From Actinomycetes bacterium (GTDB taxonomy: Bacteria; Actinomycetota; CALGFH01): a stretch of 26,669 nt of DNA. The notes under the pieces are model-generated. The model was given only the letters and a program-made list of their open reading frames with translations. It did no database searches and had not been told where the DNA came from. A program made the position numbers and the translations under genes. Where the stretch lies: the NCBI GenBank assembly GCA_035490035.1, contig DATHIG010000522.1, positions 1 through 26,669 of the forward strand, given 5' to 3'. Shown in pieces: positions 15,103-22,608 of the stretch (the stretch's first letter is position 1; the number at the start of each line of letters is the position of its first letter).

Positions 15103-16269
15103 GTGACGATCAGCGAGCGGATGTTGACCGAACCGCGCGGCGGCCTGCCGCACGGTGGGCAACTGGTCGACCGGCGCCTCGACGCCGACGAGGCGACCGA
15201 CCTGGCGTCCGGCCCGCTGTCTTCCCTGCCGCTGACCGCAGCCGAGGCGGCCGACCTGCGAGCGCTGGCCACCGGCGCCTACAGCCCGCTCACCGGCTTC
15301 ATGGGCGCCAAGGAGCACGAGTCGGTCACCGAGTCGATGCGCCTGCCCGACGGCACCCTCTGGCCGATCCCGGTCTGCCTGGGCGTCCCCGACGGCGTCC
15401 GGGTCGACTCGGGCCGCCTGGCCCTCCGGGGCGAGCGGGACGAGCTGCTGGGCCTGCTCGAGGTCGAGGAGGTGTTCGAGCGCGACCGCGCCGGCGAGGC
15501 CGAGCTGGTCTACGGCACCACCGACCCGGCCCACCCTGGCGTCGCCCGCGTCCTCGGCTCGCCCTCCCGCGCCGTCGCCGGCCCCATCCAGGCGGTGGTC
15601 GAGCCGCTGGACGGGCCGGTGGGCGCCCGCGCCCTCACGCCGCTGGAGACAAGGGCGGCGTTCCAGGCCAGGGGCTGGCGCACGGTGGTCGGCTTCCAGA
15701 CCCGCAACCCGGTCCACCGGGCCCACGAATATCTCATGAAGTGTGCGCTGGAGATGGTCGACGGGCTGCTGCTGCACCCGCTGGTCGGCCCGACCAAGGA
15801 GGGCGATGTCCCCGCCGAGGTCCGCATGCGGGCCTATGAGGCGGTGCTCGGCTACTTCCCACCCGAGCGGGTCCTGCTGGCCGCCCTGGTCGCCCCCATG
15901 CGCTACGCCGGCCCTCGCGAGGCGGTGCTGCACGCGCTGGTGCGCAAGAACTACGGCTGCACCCATTTCATCGTCGGCCGCGACCACGCCGGCGTCGGCA
16001 GCTACTACGGGACCTTCGAGGCCCAGGAGCTGATCGCCTCGCTGCCCTCCGACGACCTGGGCATCACCCCGCTGCGCTTCGACAACGCCTTCTACTGCCG
16101 GCGCTGCCTGGCCATGGCCACCGGCAAGACCTGCCCGCACCCCGACGAGGACCACGTCGCGCTGTCCGGCACCCAGGTCCGGTCGATGCTGGCCGCCGGC
16201 CAGCTGCCCCCGTCCGAATTCTCAAGGGCCGAGGTCGCCGAGCTGCTGATCGAGGCCTACCGTTCCTGA
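15103..16269 (+). CDS. sat: Sulfate adenylyltransferase (single-subunit ATP sulfurylase)
   Basis: GAYSPLTGFM, FQTRNPVHRAHE, MRYAGPREA, VGRDHAG and SGTQVR motifs. RBS AAGGAG at 15089-15094 before GTG 15103. Confidence 0.96.
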   Translation: MTISERMLTEPRGGLPHGGQLVDRRLDADEATDLASGPLSSLPLTAAEAADLRALATGAYSPLTGFMGAKEHESVTESMRLPDGTLWPIPVCLGVPDGVRVDSGRLALRGERDELLGLLEVEEVFERDRAGEAELVYGTTDPAHPGVARVLGSPSRAVAGPIQAVVEPLDGPVGARALTPLETRAAFQARGWRTVVGFQTRNPVHRAHEYLMKCALEMVDGLLLHPLVGPTKEGDVPAEVRMRAYEAVLGYFPPERVLLAALVAPMRYAGPREAVLHALVRKNYGCTHFIVGRDHAGVGSYYGTFEAQELIASLPSDDLGITPLRFDNAFYCRRCLAMATGKTCPHPDEDHVALSGTQVRSMLAAGQLPPSEFSRAEVAELLIEAYRS

Positions 16270-16327
16270 ACCCCTGTCCCGACCATCCGGTCCACCCTCC
16301 ACCACCAGCGGAAAGGCACAGCGACCA

Positions 16328-16873
16328 ATGACCAACGACACCGGCTTCGTGCTCTGGCTCACCGGCCTGTCCGGCGCGGGCAAGTCGACCGTCGCGGCCA
16401 AGCTCGGGCCCGCCCTGGCCGAGCGCGGCCACCGGGTCGAGCTGCTCGACGGCGACGAGGTCCGCACCAACCTCTGCCAGGGCCTCGGCTTCAGCCGGGA
16501 GGACCGCGACACCAACATCGCCCGGATCGGCTACGTCGCCGGCAAGCTGTCCAAGCACGGTGTTGCCGTGCTGGTGGCGGCCATCTCCCCCTACCGGGAG
16601 GCACGCGACCGGGTGCGGACCGCGGTCGACAACTTCGTCGAGGTGCATGTGGCCGCGCCCGTCTCGACCTGCGCCGAGCGCGACGTCAAGGGCCTGTACG
16701 CCAAGGCGCTGTCCGGCGAGATCAAGAACTTCACCGGCGTCTCCGACCCCTATGAGCCGCCCCTCGACCCCGAGATCGTGCTGCACACCGAGGCTGAGAG
16801 CGTCGACGACTCGGTCCACCAGGTCCTCGCCTGGCTCGAGGCCAACCGGCTCACCGCCCCCGCCGACCGGTAG
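16328..16873 (+). CDS. cysC: Adenylyl-sulfate (APS) kinase
   Basis: WLTGLSGAGKST P-loop, LLDGDEVR, ISPYR, RDVKGLY and FTGVSDPYEPP motifs. Confidence 0.97.
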   Translation: MTNDTGFVLWLTGLSGAGKSTVAAKLGPALAERGHRVELLDGDEVRTNLCQGLGFSREDRDTNIARIGYVAGKLSKHGVAVLVAAISPYREARDRVRTAVDNFVEVHVAAPVSTCAERDVKGLYAKALSGEIKNFTGVSDPYEPPLDPEIVLHTEAESVDDSVHQVLAWLEANRLTAPADR

Positions 16874-16877
16874 CGCC

Positions 16878-17759
16878 ATGACCAGCGGGAGGGGGGCCCC
16901 CGCGGCGGTCGACCTGCACACCCACACCGTGGCCAGCGACGGCAGCGACCGGCCGCGGGAGCTGGTCGAGGCCGCCGCCGCGGCCGGGGTGGGCGTGCTG
17001 GCGGTCACCGATCACGACACCGTCGCCTCGGTCGCCGATGCGCGGGCGGCCGGTCGGCCTCTCGGGGTCCGGGTGCTGGCCGGCTGTGAGCTCACCGCCT
17101 CGGTCGGCGACCGGGTCGTGCACGTGCTCCTGTACGGGGAGGGGCTGCTGGAGCCGGACCTGGCCGAGTCGGTCGAGCTGGCCAGGCGCGGCCGGCAGGA
17201 GCGCAACCTGGCCATCGGCGAGCGGCTGCAGCGGCTCACCGGGGTCGGCTACCAGGAGGCGGCCGGGATCGCCGGGCCCAGCGCCCTGTCGCGGGCCCAT
17301 TTTGCGCGGGCGCTGATCGCCCGTGGGGCCGTCGCCGACGTAGCCGAGGCGTTCGACCGCTACCTGTCCTCGGGCAGGCCGGCCTACGTGCCGGCCCCGA
17401 GCGTCTCGGTGACCGACGCGGTCGCCATCGCCGCCAAGGCCGGCGGGGTTGCGGTGCTGGCCCATCCGGGCCGCCTGGCCCCGCCGGAGCGCGACCGGGT
17501 GCTGGCCGAGGCGCTGGAGGCCGGCGTCGACGGCGTCGAGGTATGGCACTCCCAGCACGACGCCGGGCTCCGCCGCTCGCTGGCCGGCCTGGTGGAGCGA
17601 CGCGGCCTGCTCGCCACCGGCGGGTCCGACTACCACGGCCGGCACAAGCCGAGCGTCCGCGTGGGCACCGGGAGCGACGGCAATGTCGCCGTCCCAGGGG
17701 AGCTGCTCGACGCCCTGCTTGACCGGTTGGATTGGCCGACAGCGGCCCCGCCTGGGTAG
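16878..17759 (+). CDS. PHP-domain protein of the TrpH/YciV family; candidate 3',5'-nucleoside bisphosphate (PAP) phosphatase
   Basis: DLHTHTVASDG, AVTDHDT, GCELT, VHVLLY, AHPGR and GGSDYHG PHP motifs. ATG 4 nt after the cysC stop. Confidence 0.85.
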   Translation: MTSGRGAPAAVDLHTHTVASDGSDRPRELVEAAAAAGVGVLAVTDHDTVASVADARAAGRPLGVRVLAGCELTASVGDRVVHVLLYGEGLLEPDLAESVELARRGRQERNLAIGERLQRLTGVGYQEAAGIAGPSALSRAHFARALIARGAVADVAEAFDRYLSSGRPAYVPAPSVSVTDAVAIAAKAGGVAVLAHPGRLAPPERDRVLAEALEAGVDGVEVWHSQHDAGLRRSLAGLVERRGLLATGGSDYHGRHKPSVRVGTGSDGNVAVPGELLDALLDRLDWPTAAPPG

Positions 17760-17806
17760 GCTCCGCGACGCATAGGCCCAAGCAAGACAAGAGGGGGATA
17801 TCACCC

Positions 17807-18964
17807 ATGACATCGCGCGCGCGTCTGCTCCTCCCGGTGCTGGCGCTGCTCCTGGCCTTGGCGACCGCCATCGCCGTGTCCGTGGCCATCTCGCGGCCCG
17901 CGGCCGCGGTGGTCAGCGCCGACCCGGACAACGGCACCCCGCAGACCAACGGGCGCGTGAACGCCGTCGCCTACCTGGGCGGCACGGTCTACATCGGCGG
18001 CAGCTTCACGACCGTCAACGGGTCGACGCGCAACCGGCTGGCCGCCTTCAACGCCAGCGACGGGACGCTGCTGTCGTGGAACCCGAACGCCAACGGGGTC
18101 GTCCGGGCGCTGACGGTGTCCCCGGCCGGCACCCGGGTGTACGTGGGCGGCGACTTCTCCGCGGTGGGCGGGGCGGCCCGCTCCCGGGTCGCCGCCCTCA
18201 GCCCCTCCAGCGGCGCCGCCTTCGGCTGGAGCCCGTACGTCAACGACAGCGTCAAGGCGGTCACGACCTCCAACAGCGGCGCCACCGTGTACGTCGGCGG
18301 CGACTTCGACTCGGCCGAGGGGGCCGGCCGGCAGCGCCTGGCCGCCTTCAACGCCACCAGCGGGAACCTGTCCACCACCTTCAAGCCGAACGTGTCGAAC
18401 GGCACCGGCAACTTCGCCACGGTGCTGTCCATGGACGTCTCCGCCGACGGCAACACCCTCTACTTCGGCGGAGACTTCGCCCTGGTCAACGGCTCCTCGC
18501 GCCGCAACGCGGCCGCCGTGTCGACCGGCGTGGCCAGCCTGCGGGCGTGGAGCCCCAGCGCCACCGCCGACGTCGTCGGCGAGGTCACGGTGTCGGCCTC
18601 CGGGCGGACGGTGTTCGCCGGCGGCCGCAGCACCGGCGGCTACGTGCAGGCCTACGGGCCGACCGTCGGCGGCTCACCGGTGTGGAACGTGGCCACCAAC
18701 GGCGACGTGGAGGCGATCGTGGTCTCCTCCTCGATCCTGTACGTCGGCGGCCACTTCACCACCATCGGCGGCGCCAGCCGCGGCCACCTGGCCGCCCTGC
18801 GCGCCTCCGGCGGCGGCCTGGAGAGCTGGAACCCCGACGCCAACGGCGTCTTCGGCGCGTTCGGGGCGGCCATCGCCAGCGGCCGCGTCGCCTTCGGCGG
18901 CGAGTTCACCCAGGTCGCCTCCGAGAACCATCAGGGCGTCGTGCAGTTCTCCGGCACCCCGTAA
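17807..18964 (+). CDS. Secreted beta-propeller-like repeat protein (seven ~50-aa repeats)
   Basis: Sec-type signal peptide (MTSRAR, hydrophobic core, PAAA) and repeated unit NG.V.A....G..VYVGG.F..V.G..R..LAA.....G....W.P. Confidence 0.8.
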   Translation: MTSRARLLLPVLALLLALATAIAVSVAISRPAAAVVSADPDNGTPQTNGRVNAVAYLGGTVYIGGSFTTVNGSTRNRLAAFNASDGTLLSWNPNANGVVRALTVSPAGTRVYVGGDFSAVGGAARSRVAALSPSSGAAFGWSPYVNDSVKAVTTSNSGATVYVGGDFDSAEGAGRQRLAAFNATSGNLSTTFKPNVSNGTGNFATVLSMDVSADGNTLYFGGDFALVNGSSRRNAAAVSTGVASLRAWSPSATADVVGEVTVSASGRTVFAGGRSTGGYVQAYGPTVGGSPVWNVATNGDVEAIVVSSSILYVGGHFTTIGGASRGHLAALRASGGGLESWNPDANGVFGAFGAAIASGRVAFGGEFTQVASENHQGVVQFSGTP

Positions 18965-18970
18965 GGCCAA

Positions 18971-18991
18971 CCGGCGGCGGGAGGCTGCCGG
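18971..18991 (+). terminator. GC-rich hairpin downstream of the propeller gene (no U-tract)
   Basis: CCGGCGGC-GGGAG-GCTGCCGG forms an 8-bp stem with one G-U pair, starting 6 nt after the stop. Confidence 0.3.
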
Positions 18992-19039
18992 CATGCGACG
19001 CGGCTGGTCAACCTGGTGATCGACGCCACGGGCGAGGCG

Positions 19040-19081
19040 TTCACCGCCCGTACCGCCTGCTGTAGACTCATCTGTAGATGA
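19040..19081 (+). promoter_or_regulatory. Putative promoter and overlapping operator of the toxin-antitoxin operon
   Basis: TTCACC (19040-19045)-N17-TAGACT (19063-19068). Inverted repeat TCATCT-GT-AGATGA (19068-19081) overlaps the -10/TSS region, and TGTAGA is repeated at 19061 and 19073. Confidence 0.55.
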
Positions 19082-19108
19082 TCTTGCAACAACGCGTGGG
19101 GACCCGTG

Positions 19109-19357
19109 ATGGCATCGACAACAGTTCGCGTGACCGAGCACACCCATGAGCTTCTGCGCGAGCTGGCCGCGGCCACCGGCGAGCCGTTGCAGCGGGTTCT
19201 GGAGGAGGCGGTCGAGCGCTACCGCCGCGAGCGGTTCTTCGCCGATCTCCACGCCGCCTATGCACGTCTTGCGGGCGACCGGGCCGCCTGGGCAGCGGAA
19301 CTGGACGAGCGGGCAGAGCTGGACGGCACGCTCGGCGACGGGCTCCGTGATCTGTGA
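19109..19357 (+). CDS. Antitoxin of a type II TA pair (ribbon-helix-helix-like N-terminus, acidic C-terminus)
   Basis: MASTTVRVTEHTHELLRELA...QRVLEEAVERY strand-helix-helix pattern, acidic tail ELDERAELDGTLGDGL. Stop overlaps the toxin start (GTGA). Confidence 0.8.
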   Translation: MASTTVRVTEHTHELLRELAAATGEPLQRVLEEAVERYRRERFFADLHAAYARLAGDRAAWAAELDERAELDGTLGDGLRDL

Positions 19358-19698
19358 GGACCATCCGCCGAGGTGAGGTCTGGCTTGCCGACCTGAACCC
19401 CTCCCGTGGGCATGAGCAGACCGGCCAGCGTCCCGTCCTGGTGGTGTCCGCCGACCCGTTCAACCAGAGTCCGGCCGGGCTGGTCAGCGCTGTTCCGTTC
19501 ACCACCCGCAACCGGGGAATCCCGACCCACATCGAGGTTCGCCCACCGGACGGTGGGCTGCGCGACCTCAGCTTCGCCATGTGCGAGCAGCTCCGCGCGC
19601 TGGCCGCTGACCGACTCGCTTCCCATCCGTTCGGTACCGTGTCTCCCGCCGTGCTAGGTGCCGTCGAGGACCGCCTGCGGCTCCTGCTGGTGCTCTGA
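19354..19698 (+). CDS. mazF: PemK/MazF-family endoribonuclease toxin
   Basis: RRGEVWLADLNPSRGHEQTGQRPVLVVS, VPFTT and SFAMCEQLRAL motifs. Confidence 0.93.
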   Translation: MRTIRRGEVWLADLNPSRGHEQTGQRPVLVVSADPFNQSPAGLVSAVPFTTRNRGIPTHIEVRPPDGGLRDLSFAMCEQLRALAADRLASHPFGTVSPAVLGAVEDRLRLLLVL

Positions 19699-19791
19699 CG
19701 AGCCATGAGCGAGCAGGCGCCGTCCGGCGGGGGCGCTTCGACCCGAGAGGGCGCCCGGGCCCGGGCTGGGTGGGGCTTGAGGCCGCGCCAA

Positions 19792-19896
19792 CGGGGTCAG
19801 GGCGGGCCTTGCCGAAGTACATGAGCTCCCACAGCGTTTCGTCCGTGTGGCGCTCCACCAGGTCCTCGCCCTGGTCGTGCCAGGCGGGGTCAGGGC
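19792..19896. repeat. 12-bp direct repeat CGGGGTCAGGGC flanking a coding-like fragment
   Basis: Exact copies at 19792-19803 and 19885-19896 (93-nt period). The second copy contains the MFS stop codon. Confidence 0.5.
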
Positions 19897-21158
19897 TCGT
19901 CGGCGGGCTCCGGCTGGCCGGCCGGCAGGTAGCGTTCGGCGTGGCCGAGCGGGCCGAAGGAGAAGGCGAGCGCGATCAGGGCGACCAGGGACCCGATGAC
20001 GCCGTAGACCAGGGCGACGCTGCCGGTGCGCTCGACGGCCCAGCCGCCGGCCAGGGCACCGACCGGGATGGCCGACCAGGCGAGCACGCCGGCGATGCTG
20101 ATCACCCGGCCGAGCAGGTGGTTGGGGACGATCTGCTGGCGCAGGCTTCCGGTGTTGATGTTGAAGAAGATGCCAAGGCCGGAGATGGCCGCCCACAGCA
20201 GCAGCGCCGCCCAGTACCAGCGGGTCGCGGCCAGCACGACGGTGAGCAGGCCGTCGACCAGCAGGGCGCCAAGGGCGGCGACGCTGAACGACAGCCGCCG
20301 ACGTAGCGGCCCCGCCGCCAGCGACAGCAGCACCACCCCGGCGCTGCCGGCCGAGTAGAGCAGCGCCACCCGGGTGTCGCTGGCGTCCAGCTGGCGCTTG
20401 GCGAAGACCACCAGCTGCGTGTAGACGGTGGCCCCGACCAGGTTGATGAGCGCCATCATGGCCGAGATGTTGCGCAGCACCGGGTGGCCGAGGACGTAGC
20501 GCAGGCCGTCGACGACGTCGTGGCGGATCGTCCGCCGCGCCTCCCCGTCCCGGGGGGCGTTGAAGGCCCTGCCGATCAGCAGCAGCGTGCCGGCCGAGAC
20601 CAGGAACGAGGCCGCGTCGACCCACAGCACCTGCTGGACCGGCGCGACCGTGATGAGCAGGCCGGCCAGCAGCGGCCCGGCGATCTGGGCGGCCGAGTAG
20701 CTGGCATGGACGCGGCCGTTGGCGCTGACCAGGTCGTCGCCGGAGGGCACAAGGCTCGGGATCGCGGCGAACTGGGCGGCGTCGAAGGCGACGGTCAGGG
20801 TGGCGCTGCAGAACGCCACCGCGTACACCCAGCCGACCGACAGGGCATCGGCGGCGGCCAGCAGCGGGATGGTGGCGATCACGGCCGCCCGGGCCAGGTC
20901 GGTGGCGATCATCAGGCGCTTGCGGTCGACCCGGTCGACCCAGGCCCCGATGACCAGCCCGAACAGCAGGTAGGGGACGAACTCGGCCGCGGTGGTGATG
21001 CCGAGGTTGATCGGCGAGCCGGTCAGCTTGAACACCAGCAGGGGCAGCGCGAACAGCGTGAACGAGCTGCCGAGGTTGGAGATCGTCTGGCCCAGCCAGA
21101 AGCGGCCGAAGTCGCCCGACAGCAGCCAGCTCCGCCGGCCCCTCGCCTGCGTCGTCAT
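19890..21158 (-). CDS. MFS transporter (EntS/macrolide-efflux-like, MFS_3-type)
   Basis: FGRFWLGQTISNLGSSFT, GAWVDRVDRKRLM (motif A), DAAQFAAIPSLV, RQQIVPNHLLGRV and about 12 TM segments. Start uncertain (21158, 21167 or 21188). Confidence 0.9.
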   Translation of the reverse strand: MTTQARGRRSWLLSGDFGRFWLGQTISNLGSSFTLFALPLLVFKLTGSPINLGITTAAEFVPYLLFGLVIGAWVDRVDRKRLMIATDLARAAVIATIPLLAAADALSVGWVYAVAFCSATLTVAFDAAQFAAIPSLVPSGDDLVSANGRVHASYSAAQIAGPLLAGLLITVAPVQQVLWVDAASFLVSAGTLLLIGRAFNAPRDGEARRTIRHDVVDGLRYVLGHPVLRNISAMMALINLVGATVYTQLVVFAKRQLDASDTRVALLYSAGSAGVVLLSLAAGPLRRRLSFSVAALGALLVDGLLTVVLAATRWYWAALLLWAAISGLGIFFNINTGSLRQQIVPNHLLGRVISIAGVLAWSAIPVGALAGGWAVERTGSVALVYGVIGSLVALIALAFSFGPLGHAERYLPAGQPEPADEP

Positions 21159-21215
21159 ACCGGACATTCTCGCGTGCCGGTCCGACACCGGCCAGGCGGA
21201 TGGGGCAGCGGCCGG

Positions 21216-22547
21216 TTACGGGGTCAGGCGGTTGGGGCCGCGGAAGAACAGGGTGGCCTCGCGGATGGAGGGGAGGTCCAGGAGCTTCATCAGCAGGCGG
21301 CTGACGCCGATGCCGAGGCCCCCGTGCGGGGGGCAGCCGTAGCGGAAGCAGCTCACGTAGTGGCTGATCGGCTCCAGCGGGATGCCCTTCTCGGCGGCCT
21401 GGGCGACCAGGACCTCGTAGCGATGCTCCCGCTGGGCGCCGGTGGTCACCTCCAGGCCGTTCCAGATGAGGTCGAAGCTGCTGGTGACCGTCGGGTCGCC
21501 GTCGGGACGCATGTGGTAGAAGGGCCGCACCGACACCGGGTAGTCGGTGACGAACACGAACTGGTGCCCGAACTTGTCGGCGACCAGCTTCGAGAGCAGG
21601 CGCTCGCCCTCGCCGTCGAGGTCTTCCGAGGCCCGCTCGCCCGGCTGCCAGCCGGCCTGGAACAGCTGCTCGCGCGCCTCGGCCAGCGGCAGGCGCGGGA
21701 ACGGTGTCGCCGGGACCGCGAGGCTGACGCCGAAGGTCTCCTCGATCTCCTTGCCGAGGCTGTCGCGCACCGCCGCGATCGCGGCGGCCAGCATCTCCTC
21801 TTCCATGCGCATCACGTCGTCGACCGAGTCGATCCAGGCCATCTCCAGGTCCAGCCCGGTGAACTCGGTCGAGTGGCGGGAGGTGAAGCTGGGCTCGGCC
21901 CGGAACACCGGCCCGACCTCCATCACCCGGTCGAAGCCGGCGGCGATCGCCATCTGCTTGTAGAACTGCGGCGACTGGGCCAGGTAGGCCGACGACCCGA
22001 AGTAGTCGACCCGGAACACCTCGGCGCCCGACTCCGACGCCGCCCCCATCAGCTTGGGGGTGTGCAGCTCGGTGAACCGCCGTGCCCGGAGGAAGGACCG
22101 CATGCTCTGCTCGAACAGGTCGCCGACGACGAAGGTCAGGTGCTGCCGGGGAGCCCGCAGATCCAGGAACCGCCAGTCCAGCCGGAGGTCGATGTTGCTG
22201 GTCTCGGCGATCGGCAGCGGCTGCTCGGCGGTCGAGACCAGGTCGACCGAGTCGACCAGCACCTCGATCCCGCCGAGCTTCACCTGCGGCGCGTCGACGA
22301 CCCGGCCGGTCAGGGCGACCGCCGACCCGACCGTGAGGGCGTCCAGCTGCTGGTCGAGGCCGGGGCGCAGCTCGCGCCGGTTGGTGAGCTGCACCGCGCC
22401 GGTCTCGTCACGAAGGACCACGAACTGCATGCGCCGTTGCAGCCGGAGCGTCTGCACCCAGCCACACACCCGCACCTGGTCGCCGACCCGTGACCCGAGC
22501 TGCCCGACCAGCACGCGTGCTGGCTCCTGCCGGCCTTCGTCACCCAT
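21216..22547 (-). CDS. aspS: Archaeal/eukaryal-type (short, GAD-less) aspartyl-tRNA synthetase
   Basis: OB-fold start (GWVQ...QFVVLRD), RLDWRFLDLR, YLAQSPQFYKQM, motif 2 FRAE..FTSRHSTEF, GAQRE, motif 3 PPHGGLGIGVSRL. 443 aa. RBS GAAGGAG. Confidence 0.92.
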   Translation of the reverse strand: MGDEGRQEPARVLVGQLGSRVGDQVRVCGWVQTLRLQRRMQFVVLRDETGAVQLTNRRELRPGLDQQLDALTVGSAVALTGRVVDAPQVKLGGIEVLVDSVDLVSTAEQPLPIAETSNIDLRLDWRFLDLRAPRQHLTFVVGDLFEQSMRSFLRARRFTELHTPKLMGAASESGAEVFRVDYFGSSAYLAQSPQFYKQMAIAAGFDRVMEVGPVFRAEPSFTSRHSTEFTGLDLEMAWIDSVDDVMRMEEEMLAAAIAAVRDSLGKEIEETFGVSLAVPATPFPRLPLAEAREQLFQAGWQPGERASEDLDGEGERLLSKLVADKFGHQFVFVTDYPVSVRPFYHMRPDGDPTVTSSFDLIWNGLEVTTGAQREHRYEVLVAQAAEKGIPLEPISHYVSCFRYGCPPHGGLGIGVSRLLMKLLDLPSIREATLFFRGPNRLTP

Positions 22548-22608
22548 GAACGCTCCTTCACCGCGACCGAGCGAGGGCCAAGCATATCGGTGGTGGCGGG
22601 AGGCGCGG

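Noticed and set aside
15103-16873. sat-cysC as an assimilatory cysteine-biosynthesis operon
   Set aside because: No cysH, sulfite reductase, cysK or sulfate transporter nearby, while PAPS-consuming sulfotransferases are present. The reductive genes could still lie elsewhere in the genome.
18968-19081. Short coding-like stretch (RLVNLVIDATGEAFTARTA) upstream of the TA promoter
   Set aside because: Too short and without a start codon. It cannot be distinguished from chance, and it overlaps the predicted promoter.
19568-19858. 96-aa minus-strand ORF MERHTDETLWELMYFGK
   Set aside because: It overlaps mazF by about 130 nt antisense and only its first ~20 codons look coding. Treated as a remnant instead.
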